A stretch of 64,000 bases of DNA, taken from the NCBI GenBank assembly GCA_041645215.1, contig JBAZQK010000008.1, positions 1,744-65,743 of the forward strand. The letters run 5' to 3'. This DNA comes from Patescibacteria group bacterium (GTDB taxonomy: Bacteria > Patescibacteriota > Patescibacteriia > Veblenbacterales > UBA10138). Under the pieces are notes generated by a model, which was given only the letters and a program-made list of their open reading frames with translations, searched no databases and had not been told where the DNA came from. The position numbers and the translations under genes are program-made. Positions 25,617-35,577 of this stretch are shown here, piece by piece; position 1 is the first letter of the stretch, and every line of letters starts with the position of its first letter.

Positions 25617-28607
25617 ATGTTTTCAAAAAACCGCGATTATAAGGCAAAATACCGCCAAATCCTTAACCTGCCGCTTAATTTGTCAGCCCAGGCTTATTTT
25701 ATTTGTCAATTAATTAACCAATCAACCACCAGTCAGCTGGTCTGGAACCTAACTAATACCCGCTATCTTGAATCTGCCCAAAAACTCTTAACGTTTTTTG
25801 CCAAAGTTATTAAAATCCGGCTGTCAATATTTTTGTTTCCGCAAGACTGGCTCGATTGGCAAGCCCAACCAGCTGACACGGCCACTGTTTTGTTAGTTGC
25901 TGATGAACATTGGACGCTGGCCCTGGCCGACCCCAAAACTATTTCAGCCAATATTATCAATTTGGCGGTGGCGCAAACCATAAAACCACAACAATTAAAA
26001 GCGCGATTACTCGCCGCCGGTTATGAACCCGGTCCCTTGCCCGACGACGGCGGTTGGTTCTATCAGCAAGGGGGAATTTTATTTATAACCGATAATCACG
26101 CGACTTGGCGGATTATTTGGCAGGGCAATAAAATTGAATCAATTCGCCGTTATAATTTTTATACCGAAAACGATGACGCGCTCGTAAACAAAATAACTCT
26201 GGCTCCGCGCCAGCTGACACCACTGGCTGACTTCAGCTTGGCTGACTATTTAAGGGCCAATTATATTATAGTTAACGCCCCGGCCGCTATTAAAACCAAC
26301 CACGCCATTACCTGCCACCCGACCGCTGGTTCACCCTTAAGGGGCGTACCGACCCTTACTCAACAATGGCCCCTAATCAACGATTATATCGCCCGGCAAA
26401 TCAGCCGCGGCTATAGCGTGAAAATTTTATCAACCGAAATTCCGCTTATTAAAACTTGGCTCGCGCCCCGGGCCCCGGCGATTGACTGGCAGGCTATATC
26501 CGACCGGCTGGCTTACGAGCTGGAGGGATTTACTGACGATATCAGCCGGATGATTTATTTAACCGACCGCGAATTAATCGGTCGCCGCCGCCGCCGTTTT
26601 GCCACTAACTTAGCGTCATACGAAAAACTAAAAACCGGTGATTATGTCGTTCATATTGACCATGGCATCGGGCGTTTTAACAGCTTAATAAACCAAACTA
26701 TCGACGGGCAAGTTCGCGATTATTTATTAGTTGATTATGCTGATAATGATAAATTATACGTGCCGGTTGAACACACTGACCGATTGTCGCGTTATCGGGG
26801 CGGTCCGCACCCGATCTTACAACGGTTACACAGCGCCAGTTGGTTTAAAATCACCAAAAAAGTCAAAGCCGAAACGGCGGCGTTGGCGAACGAACTTATT
26901 AAAATTCAGGCCGCCCGGAAAATTACGTCAACTAAACCAATGTCAGCCTACCCCGAGGAGTATATACTGGCGGCCAGTTTTCCCTGGCCGCTCACGAGCG
27001 ATCAATTAAAAGCCTGGTCAGACATCACCGCTGATTTGTCGCGCCCGCAACCAATGGAGCGCTTAATCTGCGGCGATGTCGGCTTTGGTAAGACTGAATT
27101 AGCCATTCGGACCGCTTACCGCGCCGTCCTTAATGGGTACCAGGTCGCCCTACTGGCGCCAACTACTTTATTAGCTCAACAACACTACGATACTTTTAAC
27201 GGCCGACTAAACCACGCGGCTCTTACTATCGGTTTAATTTCACGACGCCAGACCGGACCGGAACAAACCAGTCTCCTTAAACAGCTGGCGCAAGGCCGAA
27301 CCGATATTATTATCGGCACTCACGCTTTACTGGCGGTCCGCGTTGAATTTGCCCGGCTGGGACTTTTAATTATTGATGAAGAACAGCGCTTTGGCGTTAA
27401 ACAAAAAGAAAAATTAAAACAATACAAACCCAGTGTCCATGTGCTGACGCTGTCAGCCACCCCCATACCACGCACGCTGAATTTGGCCGTCTCCAGTTTG
27501 CGCGATCTGTCAATTATTATGACACCGCCCGTCGGACGGCAGCCAATAACCACCACCATAGCTGTTTTTAACAACAATCTTATTAAGCAAGCCATTACGG
27601 CTGAAATTAAACGGCGCGGGCAAGTTTACTATTTGGTTAATCATATTGCTGATTTACCAGCCGCCGCCCAACGGCTTAAAAATTTAATTAAGGGCTTAAA
27701 GCTGGGAATTATTCACGGCCGTATGGCCGGCGGACAAGCGGAACAAGTTATGCGCGACTTTGACAATAATCAACTGGACCTTTTGTTGGCCACCAGCATT
27801 ATTGAAAATGGTCTTGACTTGCCCAATGTTAATACCTTAATTGTTGAACATGCCGAAAAATTCGGCTTAGCTGATTTGTACCAGCTCAAAGGCCGCGTTG
27901 GCCGCGGGACGGCTAAAGCTTACGCTTATTTTTTAGTTCCCGAGCGACTGCCGGAACTCGGCCGCCAGCGCCTGCAAGCTTTGCGCGCCGCGGCCGATTT
28001 AGGCAGTGGACTTAGTTTGGCGTTCAAAGATATGGAGTTAAGAGGCGCCGGCGCTATTCTTGGCCGGGCCCAACACGGCCAGATTAATGCGGTGGGGGTG
28101 CACCTTTATGGACAACTCCTGGCCCAAGCGGTGGAGGAACTTAAAACCGGGCAAGCTTTGCCAGGCGTACCCGAAGTTTTGTTGCGCTTGCCGTTGGCGG
28201 GCCGTTTATCAGAGCAACTAATACCCAATGAATTTAATCGCATTCAAATTTATCAACGCTTGGCCGGCCAACGTGATACCAGCGAACTTAAACATTTGGC
28301 GGAAGAATTAATTGGACGCCCGCTCAACGATACCGCGCCTGATCGCCAACTAAAAAATCTTTTGACGCTGTTGGAAATAAAAATTTTAAGCGAACGGAGC
28401 GGACTCCGTGAAGTAGCCTGTCAAACTCAAAATCAACTTGGTCGCTTTTCAATTCGTTTTATTAATCCGCTGTTACCGGCCCCAGCCGCCAAACTATACG
28501 AATTGGGTTGGCATCCGGTTGAGTCGTCTTGGCAAGCGCGACAGCCTTTGGCGGCCGGCGCTTGGATTGAGTGGCTTAAACAATCGCTAATAATGCTGGG
28601 TAATTAA
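25617..28607 (+). CDS. mfd: Transcription-repair coupling factor
   Basis: GDYVVHIDHGIG RID, CGDVGFGKT, DEEQRFGV, SATPIPRTL, QLKGRVGR, TRCF domain. Confidence 0.95.
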   Translation: MFSKNRDYKAKYRQILNLPLNLSAQAYFICQLINQSTTSQLVWNLTNTRYLESAQKLLTFFAKVIKIRLSIFLFPQDWLDWQAQPADTATVLLVADEHWTLALADPKTISANIINLAVAQTIKPQQLKARLLAAGYEPGPLPDDGGWFYQQGGILFITDNHATWRIIWQGNKIESIRRYNFYTENDDALVNKITLAPRQLTPLADFSLADYLRANYIIVNAPAAIKTNHAITCHPTAGSPLRGVPTLTQQWPLINDYIARQISRGYSVKILSTEIPLIKTWLAPRAPAIDWQAISDRLAYELEGFTDDISRMIYLTDRELIGRRRRRFATNLASYEKLKTGDYVVHIDHGIGRFNSLINQTIDGQVRDYLLVDYADNDKLYVPVEHTDRLSRYRGGPHPILQRLHSASWFKITKKVKAETAALANELIKIQAARKITSTKPMSAYPEEYILAASFPWPLTSDQLKAWSDITADLSRPQPMERLICGDVGFGKTELAIRTAYRAVLNGYQVALLAPTTLLAQQHYDTFNGRLNHAALTIGLISRRQTGPEQTSLLKQLAQGRTDIIIGTHALLAVRVEFARLGLLIIDEEQRFGVKQKEKLKQYKPSVHVLTLSATPIPRTLNLAVSSLRDLSIIMTPPVGRQPITTTIAVFNNNLIKQAITAEIKRRGQVYYLVNHIADLPAAAQRLKNLIKGLKLGIIHGRMAGGQAEQVMRDFDNNQLDLLLATSIIENGLDLPNVNTLIVEHAEKFGLADLYQLKGRVGRGTAKAYAYFLVPERLPELGRQRLQALRAAADLGSGLSLAFKDMELRGAGAILGRAQHGQINAVGVHLYGQLLAQAVEELKTGQALPGVPEVLLRLPLAGRLSEQLIPNEFNRIQIYQRLAGQRDTSELKHLAEELIGRPLNDTAPDRQLKNLLTLLEIKILSERSGLREVACQTQNQLGRFSIRFINPLLPAPAAKLYELGWHPVESSWQARQPLAAGAWIEWLKQSLIMLGN

Positions 28608-28682
28608 ATTTCCACTGCTATAAAACCCTGGCGGCAAAGACCGACCCCGAATCATAATTTAAAACCATTCGTACGAGCCAAA

Positions 28683-28859
28683 CTATTCGCGGGTACCCTC
28701 GGGCAATTCACTATTTATAGTGTGGCACTTAGAACAAACTATAGTTCCACCCTTAAGCGGCGCGTCACAATGACGGCAGGATTTTTCCTTTTTTTCGTCA
28801 TCATAGTCGCCCAAGTCACTATTAAATTCGGGATTAAAAGGCGGGTCGTATTTAAACAT
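28683..28859 (-). CDS. Small zinc-ribbon protein (58 aa, not in ORF track)
   Basis: Manual translation MFKYDPPFNPEFNSDLGDYDDEKKEKSCRHCDAPLKGGTIVCSKCHTINSELPEGTRE with CxxC-10-CxxC. Confidence 0.6.
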   Translation of the reverse strand: MFKYDPPFNPEFNSDLGDYDDEKKEKSCRHCDAPLKGGTIVCSKCHTINSELPEGTRE

Positions 28860-28936
28860 AAATTAAATGGTTATTTGTCTTTTTTGACAATTAAACTTAA
28901 TCTTAATCATTATAGCTTAATTTTTGAGGAGGGGCT

Positions 28937-30022
28937 ATGGCAAATAACAATTCAGACTTAATCTACTGGCTAGCCTGGCTATCACATCCTAAAATCGGTC
29001 CGACTCGCTTTGCCCTGCTGCGCCGCCATTTTTCCACTCTGGCCGAGGCTTGGCAAGCCGACAGCCAAAAATTATTACAAGCCGGGTTAGACAGCGAAAC
29101 TGTGGCCGCCTTATCCAACCACCGCCACCAAATCGACCCGGCTAAACTATGGACCCGACTTAATGAACTAAAAATCAGCGTTGTCGCCCTGTTTGATGAG
29201 GCCTACCCCAAACTGTTAAAGGAAATTGCTGATCCGCCGCCACTGTTATTTTATAAAGGCTCCGCCGCCGCTTGGCAAAACCAATGTTTAGCTATAGTTG
29301 GTTCGCGTCGCCCGACCGGCTATGGCTTACGCGTAACCAGTGAACTGGGCAAAGACCTGGCCGTCGCTGGTTTAACAATCGTGTCCGGTTTAGCTTATGG
29401 CATTGACACCGCCGCTCATCAGGCGGCCTTAGAAATAAAAACGCCGACTATCGCCGTACTGGCCAGCGGGCTTGATATTATCTACCCGGCCGCCAACCGA
29501 AATTTAGCCGACAAAATTATGGCTGACGGCGGAGCTTTGCTCAGTGAATTCACCCCTGGCCGGCCGCCGTTAAAACAAAATTTTCCTTATCGCAATCGAA
29601 TTATCGCCGGTCTGGCCCGCGGCACGCTGGTAACCGAGGCCACTCTTGATTCCGGGGCTTTAATCACCGCCAAACTGGCGCTGGAATATAACCGTGATGT
29701 TTTTGCCGTACCCGGCAGTATTTTTAGCGATCCGTCCCAGGGCACTAATGAACTGTTAAAATTAGGCGCCCGTTTGGTCACAAAATCATCTGACATCTTG
29801 GATTATTTCGGCCTTGACCAAACCAGCCACCGGCCGCGAATCAGCCTTAATGACGCCCAAGAAAAATTTTTAGAAATCTTTACGCGCGAACCAAAAAACC
29901 TCAACGATTTGATTGTTGAATCAACCCTGCCGGTCGCCAGTTTTATGGCCCAACTGACTGAATTTGAGCTAGCGGGCTGGGTTAAGGAAACTAGTCCTAA
30001 CTTTTACGCCCGGGCCTATTAA
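28937..30022 (+). CDS. dprA: DNA-processing protein DprA
   Basis: YPKLLKEI.DPP, AIVGSR, SGLAYGID, FPYRNRIIAGL, SGALITA. Confidence 0.95.
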   Translation: MANNNSDLIYWLAWLSHPKIGPTRFALLRRHFSTLAEAWQADSQKLLQAGLDSETVAALSNHRHQIDPAKLWTRLNELKISVVALFDEAYPKLLKEIADPPPLLFYKGSAAAWQNQCLAIVGSRRPTGYGLRVTSELGKDLAVAGLTIVSGLAYGIDTAAHQAALEIKTPTIAVLASGLDIIYPAANRNLADKIMADGGALLSEFTPGRPPLKQNFPYRNRIIAGLARGTLVTEATLDSGALITAKLALEYNRDVFAVPGSIFSDPSQGTNELLKLGARLVTKSSDILDYFGLDQTSHRPRISLNDAQEKFLEIFTREPKNLNDLIVESTLPVASFMAQLTEFELAGWVKETSPNFYARAY

Positions 30023-30094
30023 TATTTGCCAAAAACTTTTAAATCGTGGTATAACCTATTAAGTTAAATCATAGACGACAACCTCTAACCCATA

Positions 30095-30204
30095 AAATCC
30101 AAATAACAAATTTCAAATGTCAAACCAATGACTTAATGACTAAATGCCAAAAAAGTTTTGGAATTTGGATTTGATTTGACATTTGACATTTGGATTTTGA
30201 AATT
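30095..30204. repeat. Heptamer-repeat imperfect palindrome
   Basis: AAATCCA/AATGTCA/AATGACT units mirrored by TTTGGAT/TTTGACA units. Confidence 0.6.
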
Positions 30205-30230
30205 AATTGGATACTATAACTTTTCCAGTT

Positions 30231-32900
30231 ATGTCATCAGCCTTAATCATCGTTGAATCTCCCACCAAAGCCAAAACCATTGGCCGCTTTTTGGACAATA
30301 ACTATAAGGTAATGTCATCTTACGGCCATGTCCGTGATCTGCCCAAATCTAAATTGGGCATTGATGTGGACGATGATTTCAAGCCGCAGTACCAATTGAT
30401 CGCCCGCGCTAAACCAGCCGTGGCCGAACTTAAACAGGCAGTGGCCAAGGTTGACACGATATATTTAGCGACTGACGAAGATCGCGAGGGTGAGGCTATT
30501 TCCTGGCACCTCGCGCAAGTCCTTAAGCTAAACGCGGACAATTGTAAACGCATTGTTTTTCACGAAATCACTCCAGAGGCCATTGAGCAGGCCTTAAAAA
30601 ATCCGCGCGCCATTGATAATAATTTGGTGCGGGCCCAGGAAGCGCGCCGCTTACTGGACCGGCTTTATGGTTACAGCGTGTCGCCCTTGCTGTGGCAAAA
30701 AATTAAAGTCGGCTTGTCCGCCGGACGAGTGCAAAGCGTGGCTATCCGCATATTGGTGGAGCGCGAGCGCGAGCGCTTAGGTTTTAACACCGCTGAATAT
30801 TGGGATGTTTTAGCTACTTTTGCCACTTTAAAGCTCGAAGAATTCACCGCCCAATTAGTCAATTTAAATAATCAACCCCTGGCCCTTGGTAAAGATTTTG
30901 CCGGTGACACTGGTTTACTAAAAAACCACAACCCCCTTTGGCTTAAAAAAGTTGAAGCTGAACAATTGGTCGCTGAACTTAAGAACGAACCCGCTTTGGT
31001 CCAAAGTGTTGAAAGCAAACCGTTTGTAGAAAAACCGTTAGCCCCTTTTATCACCAGCACCTTGCAACAGGAATCAAATCGTAAATTACGATACTCGGCC
31101 CGACGCACCATGCAACTGGCCCAGGATTTGTATGAAAACGGTTACATTACTTATATGCGGACAGATTCCACTTTGTTGTCGGAACAGGCCATAACCGCCG
31201 CCCGGAATTGGATTAAAGAGCAATACGGTAATGAATATTTAAGCCCGAGCGCGCGTCAATACCAAACCAAAGTTAAAAACGCCCAGGAAGCGCACGAGGC
31301 GATTCGTCCGGCCGGGGCTAATTTTAAACCGCTTGACCAGGTAAAAATCGAGGTCAGTGACGACACTTACCGGCTATACGAACTAATTTGGAAACGCACC
31401 GTGGCTTCGCAAATGGCTGATTGTCGCGGCGATCGTGTAACTATTCTTGTGGAAATGAAGTCTCACCAATCTGCAACTTTAACCAATACCGCGTCTGATA
31501 ATTCCCAGAATCCAAAGGAAAGTAAAAAAACGGATAGACTCCCGTACCGTAGCGGTCTTAACAGTACTGGCAGCGGGGTTAAAAATGCTATCTTTCGCGC
31601 CAGTGGCAAGGCCATAACCTTTGAAGGTTACCGCCGGGCCTATGTGGAAGGATCAGACAGTCCGGAAACTGATTTAGCCGAACAAGAAAAAATTCTGCCC
31701 GCGGTTACGGCTCAGGAAAAATTACAAACCGTTAAGCTTGAACCTAAAGGCCATATTACCCAGCCGCCGGCTCGCCTCACCGAAGCCGCTTTGATTAAGG
31801 AATTGGAAACGCGCGGCATCGGCCGGCCATCCACCTACGCCTCCATTATCGACACGATTGAACGCCGCGATTATGCGGTTAAACGCGGCACTACCTTAAT
31901 ACCGACCTTTACCGCCTTCGCGGTTGTTAATTTAATGGAAAAATATTTAGCCAACTTGGTTGATTACAATTTTACCGCTCATATGGAAGATGAGCTTGAT
32001 GAAATCGCCGCCGGCGACTTGGACGATAAAACTTATTTAAAGGAATTTTATTTTGGCGATAATAACAACGGTTTGGTACAAATTTTAAGCGCCGTCAAAG
32101 ACAGTATTGACCCGCGCACCACCAGCGGCGTCACTATTGGCGAATATGAAGGTAAAATCGTAGAGGTCAGAATCGGCCGCTATGGACCGTTTATTAAATG
32201 GAACGATCTCACCGCGCCCTTGCCGCCAGATATAGCGCCGGACGATTTAACTATTACCAGGGCAGTTGAACTTATTAAACAAGGCAGCGCCGGGCCCAAA
32301 ATTTTAGGCGCCGACCCGCACAGCGGCCTTCAGGTTTATGCTAAAGTCGGACGCTTTGGACCATACGTGCAACTGGGCGAATCACTTAAGGCTGATAATA
32401 AAGACAAAACCGCCAAACCAAAAATGGCCTCTTTGCTTAAATCAATGACGCCCCAAACCGTCACGCTGGAGCAGGCTTTGCAGTTGTTATCGCTTCCCCG
32501 TCCGCTCGGTACCAATCCCAAAACCAATTTAGAAGTTACCGCCGCCAATGGACGGTTCGGTCCTTATATTAAATCCGGTGCGGAAACTCGGAGTATTCCC
32601 GCTACCGCCGATGTTTTGCATATCACCCTTGGCGAGGCGCTGGAACTTTTAGCCCAGGACAAAAAATCATCCCGCCGCGGCGCTGAAGTAATTAAAGAGC
32701 TGGGTAAAAATTCCGCCACTGACAAAACTATTAAAATAATGAGCGGCCGCTACGGCATGTATGTGACTGATGGTGAGACTAACGCCACGATTAACCAAGG
32801 CCTAGCCGCTGATAATATTACCCTTGAACAAGCTGTTGAACTTATTAAGGCGCGCGAAGGCGTGCCAAAGAAGCGACGCACCAGCCGCAAAAAATCTTAA
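30231..32900 (+). CDS. topA: DNA topoisomerase I with C-terminal Topo_C repeats
   Basis: LIIVESPTKAK, ATDEDREGE, SAGRVQS, ITYMRTDS, GIGRPSTY, GRYGPY repeats. Confidence 0.96.
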   Translation: MSSALIIVESPTKAKTIGRFLDNNYKVMSSYGHVRDLPKSKLGIDVDDDFKPQYQLIARAKPAVAELKQAVAKVDTIYLATDEDREGEAISWHLAQVLKLNADNCKRIVFHEITPEAIEQALKNPRAIDNNLVRAQEARRLLDRLYGYSVSPLLWQKIKVGLSAGRVQSVAIRILVERERERLGFNTAEYWDVLATFATLKLEEFTAQLVNLNNQPLALGKDFAGDTGLLKNHNPLWLKKVEAEQLVAELKNEPALVQSVESKPFVEKPLAPFITSTLQQESNRKLRYSARRTMQLAQDLYENGYITYMRTDSTLLSEQAITAARNWIKEQYGNEYLSPSARQYQTKVKNAQEAHEAIRPAGANFKPLDQVKIEVSDDTYRLYELIWKRTVASQMADCRGDRVTILVEMKSHQSATLTNTASDNSQNPKESKKTDRLPYRSGLNSTGSGVKNAIFRASGKAITFEGYRRAYVEGSDSPETDLAEQEKILPAVTAQEKLQTVKLEPKGHITQPPARLTEAALIKELETRGIGRPSTYASIIDTIERRDYAVKRGTTLIPTFTAFAVVNLMEKYLANLVDYNFTAHMEDELDEIAAGDLDDKTYLKEFYFGDNNNGLVQILSAVKDSIDPRTTSGVTIGEYEGKIVEVRIGRYGPFIKWNDLTAPLPPDIAPDDLTITRAVELIKQGSAGPKILGADPHSGLQVYAKVGRFGPYVQLGESLKADNKDKTAKPKMASLLKSMTPQTVTLEQALQLLSLPRPLGTNPKTNLEVTAANGRFGPYIKSGAETRSIPATADVLHITLGEALELLAQDKKSSRRGAEVIKELGKNSATDKTIKIMSGRYGMYVTDGETNATINQGLAADNITLEQAVELIKAREGVPKKRRTSRKKS

Positions 32901-33044
32901 ATCCTAAAACTTAAATCCCAACAATTTAAACTCAAAACGCAAAAGTAAAAGCTCAAAACCACTAAAAGCCTCGCTTTTACTTTGTCATTGGGATTTTGGA
33001 GATTGGGTATTATTTAGGATTTAGAAATTAGAAATTAGGATTTG
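32899..33044. repeat. Heptamer-repeat imperfect palindrome
   Basis: AAATCCTAAAACTTAA...TTAGAAATTAGGATTT; related to 37057-37162. Confidence 0.6.
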
Positions 33045-33059
33045 TATTCGTAATTCTTA

Positions 33060-33198
33060 CCCAGTATAACTATTTTGTTATAGCTCGCTTGTAAAATAAA
33101 ATTTATAAACCAGGTAAGTAGCCTATGCCAGCGTTATCTCTTACTAGTTATTTAATTTAAGCTCGCTAAATTTTATTTAACAAAGTTGTTATACTGGG
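33060..33198. mobile_element. IR element variant (139 bp), CCCAGTATAAC ends
   Basis: CCCAGTATAAC...GTTATACTGGG with perfect CTTA duplication. Confidence 0.7.
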
Positions 33199-33725
33199 CT
33201 TAATTCATAATTCTATTTAGCCGTGGAACACTTTATTCCACGCTCTTTTATTTTCCCTGCTATTAGCCATAAGCTATTGGCTAATAGCTATTTTATGTTC
33301 CACGAGCCTTGACAAATTGGGGCTGGGGGAGTATACTAATTAGTTATTTAATGGAAAAGTCGTAGTTGACACAGGGGATGTTCTTTAACAATTAAGCCAG
33401 ATCCACCCCTCTTAATAATAAGAGGGGCTGGGGGAGTTATATTCTGCTTATTCATAACCCCCTTTAATCCCCCTTAGCTTAAGGGGGAGATAACGCTTTA
33501 AATATGCGTCTGGCACAATCTAACATTTCTCCTTACCAACTCGGGAGGGGAGAAGGGTTAATGAGCTAGGATATTGACTGGTACCATCAAATTGGCCACT
33601 GGTCTTTTCCAGACTAATTAATCTTAAAACGTCAGTCTTTTTTAGACATAAGGCGTTTTCAACTTCTCCTCCGGATTAGTAAGGAGAAATAAATCCAAAT
33701 TACTAAGACAAAAAACAAAAACTAA

Positions 33726-33920
33726 ATGGAGGTTATCATGAACAACCAATTTAATCCGCAATCCATCTTGGATTGGGCACTCATCGGCATTGGACTCATT
33801 GGTCTATTTTTTTATTTTATCGGCGATAGTAAATCTAAACCTTACCTAGAATTCGTTGGTATAGTACTAATGTTCGTCGTCGTAATGATAATCATCATAA
33901 CAAAATTACATTGGTTTTAA
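33726..33920 (+). CDS. Small two-TM membrane protein
   Basis: 64-aa ORF; GGAGG before the second ATG. Confidence 0.55.
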   Translation: MEVIMNNQFNPQSILDWALIGIGLIGLFFYFIGDSKSKPYLEFVGIVLMFVVVMIIIITKLHWF

Positions 33921-33969
33921 AAACAAACAATCCCCCGGCGCCGAGGGTAAAATCGGGTAAGGAGAAAAA

Positions 33970-34704
33970 GTGAAAAAAATAATATCTGTTATTGCTATTT
34001 TAGCCACAGTCATTCTTATCTCTTGTGGCGATGCCGGCGTTGATGTTGTTAACGACATCACGCCAGTACACAACTGGTCGCCTGAAAAACAAGCTATCCT
34101 TGACAGCTTAAAAAACATTCCGGTAACAAACCGTCAACAATTTTTATCAGCCAACTGGCCATCTTTAAGCGCTGATCTAGTTTTATTTCTTAAAGGAAGA
34201 AATAAAATTGAAAGAACAGCACAGATTGACTCCATTGTTTATAAATATGGCGATGCTGAAGGAGTCAAAGCTGAAGATGCCAGTGGAAAAGTTCATGAAG
34301 GGTATTTTAAAAATCAACTAGTAGCCTTCATCTACATAGCCAACCGACAAAAACCTTTAGCTATCTTAGTTTCTTGCGTCAATGGCGGCTTCCAACTGCC
34401 TGAAGACCTTGAATACGTAAAAAGAGATACCAAATTTGAATTCACTATTGAAAAGACTCGCGGAATAGCCTACTACGTAGGCTCAAACGAAACCGCGATA
34501 TATTTAGCGGAATTCTTTGGTCGACCCCTTTATGAAGGTAAAGGGATTAACAAGAAAAGATTAATTACACCAGCACAAGCACGACAAATAAATACCAACG
34601 AACTTCAAATTACTGTGTTGGTATACACTGGTGACTACTTCAACCTCAACACCATGGAGTACCGACCGGCACGCCAGCCAAATGTAAGGTACCCTGTATA
34701 CTAG
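33970..34704 (+). CDS. Putative lipoprotein
   Basis: AAGGAG SD, signal peptide with LISC lipobox-like motif. Confidence 0.65.
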   Translation: MKKIISVIAILATVILISCGDAGVDVVNDITPVHNWSPEKQAILDSLKNIPVTNRQQFLSANWPSLSADLVLFLKGRNKIERTAQIDSIVYKYGDAEGVKAEDASGKVHEGYFKNQLVAFIYIANRQKPLAILVSCVNGGFQLPEDLEYVKRDTKFEFTIEKTRGIAYYVGSNETAIYLAEFFGRPLYEGKGINKKRLITPAQARQINTNELQITVLVYTGDYFNLNTMEYRPARQPNVRYPVY

Positions 34705-34737
34705 ACAAAGGATAACAAAAGATTTTTCTTTCCACCC

Positions 34738-34766
34738 AGACGCTGAAAAGCAATTCAGCGTCTTTT
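34738..34766 (+). terminator. Intrinsic terminator
   Basis: AGACGCTGAA...TTCAGCGTCT plus T tract. Confidence 0.65.
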
Positions 34767-35024
34767 ATTATTTCCAATTTCCAATTTTGAATTTTGATTT
34801 GCCAGTCCTCCACAGTCCCGCCGCCGGCGGGCCCCGCTTAGCGGGGCGGGCAGGTATTTGTATTTTTAATTTTCCTTCAAAGCCTATTGACAAAACAGGT
34901 CGGAAGGGCGTAAAGTAGTATACTAAATAAACATCGATTTCCCTGGCTGTCGCGCTCATCGCTCTTTAAAAAATTGAAAGCTATTAAATAAATCAAAATA
35001 TTATCAACCATCGGGAATAAAAAA

Positions 35025-35447
35025 ATGAAAAACATTAAATTGGTTATGGTAATTTTTATTGCCATAGCAGTAGTATCGCTTATATTGTTGCTTGACTTGT
35101 TTGTCATAAAAGGATTGCTGCCTTTTAATCAAGCAATTGAAAACAGCTTATTCTCTGGCCAACTAGGACTACTATTCCTCATCACCGGTGCGGTGATTTG
35201 GAAGCATGCGGACGCAAGTTCCAGCTCAACGGACGGAATTTGGCTAACTCTTGAACCACTATTAGCCATACTGACGTGGGGAGTAGGATTATTTATTATT
35301 GGAACTGGTATATTTGTGTTGCTGCCAAGTAAAGCATCTGAATTAATACTTGGATATTACACGCCAACATTAATGTTGGCGGCAATAATACTAATATCTG
35401 TAATATTCTTGTTTTACTACTTACACATAAAAGCGTCCAAAACCTAA
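35025..35447 (+). CDS. Hypothetical four-TM membrane protein
   Basis: 140-aa hydrophobic ORF. Confidence 0.6.
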   Translation: MKNIKLVMVIFIAIAVVSLILLLDLFVIKGLLPFNQAIENSLFSGQLGLLFLITGAVIWKHADASSSSTDGIWLTLEPLLAILTWGVGLFIIGTGIFVLLPSKASELILGYYTPTLMLAAIILISVIFLFYYLHIKASKT

Positions 35448-35577
35448 AAGATTGTTGTAGCTTCAGCTGACTGACTAGTTGTTTCATTATACTAGCCAGT
35501 CTTTTTATTATCTGGCTTTATATTTAGAACCTTGAAAAAAACCGTTATAAATGCTAATCTGATGTTTATCAATCATT

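Noticed and set aside
28722-28961. 79-aa + strand ORF
   Set aside because: No motifs; the opposite-strand zinc-ribbon ORF is more credible.
33222-33304. parS site (CGTGGAACA and TGTTCCACG)
   Set aside because: Only separated half-sites in the wrong order; the first is part of a terminator-like hairpin.
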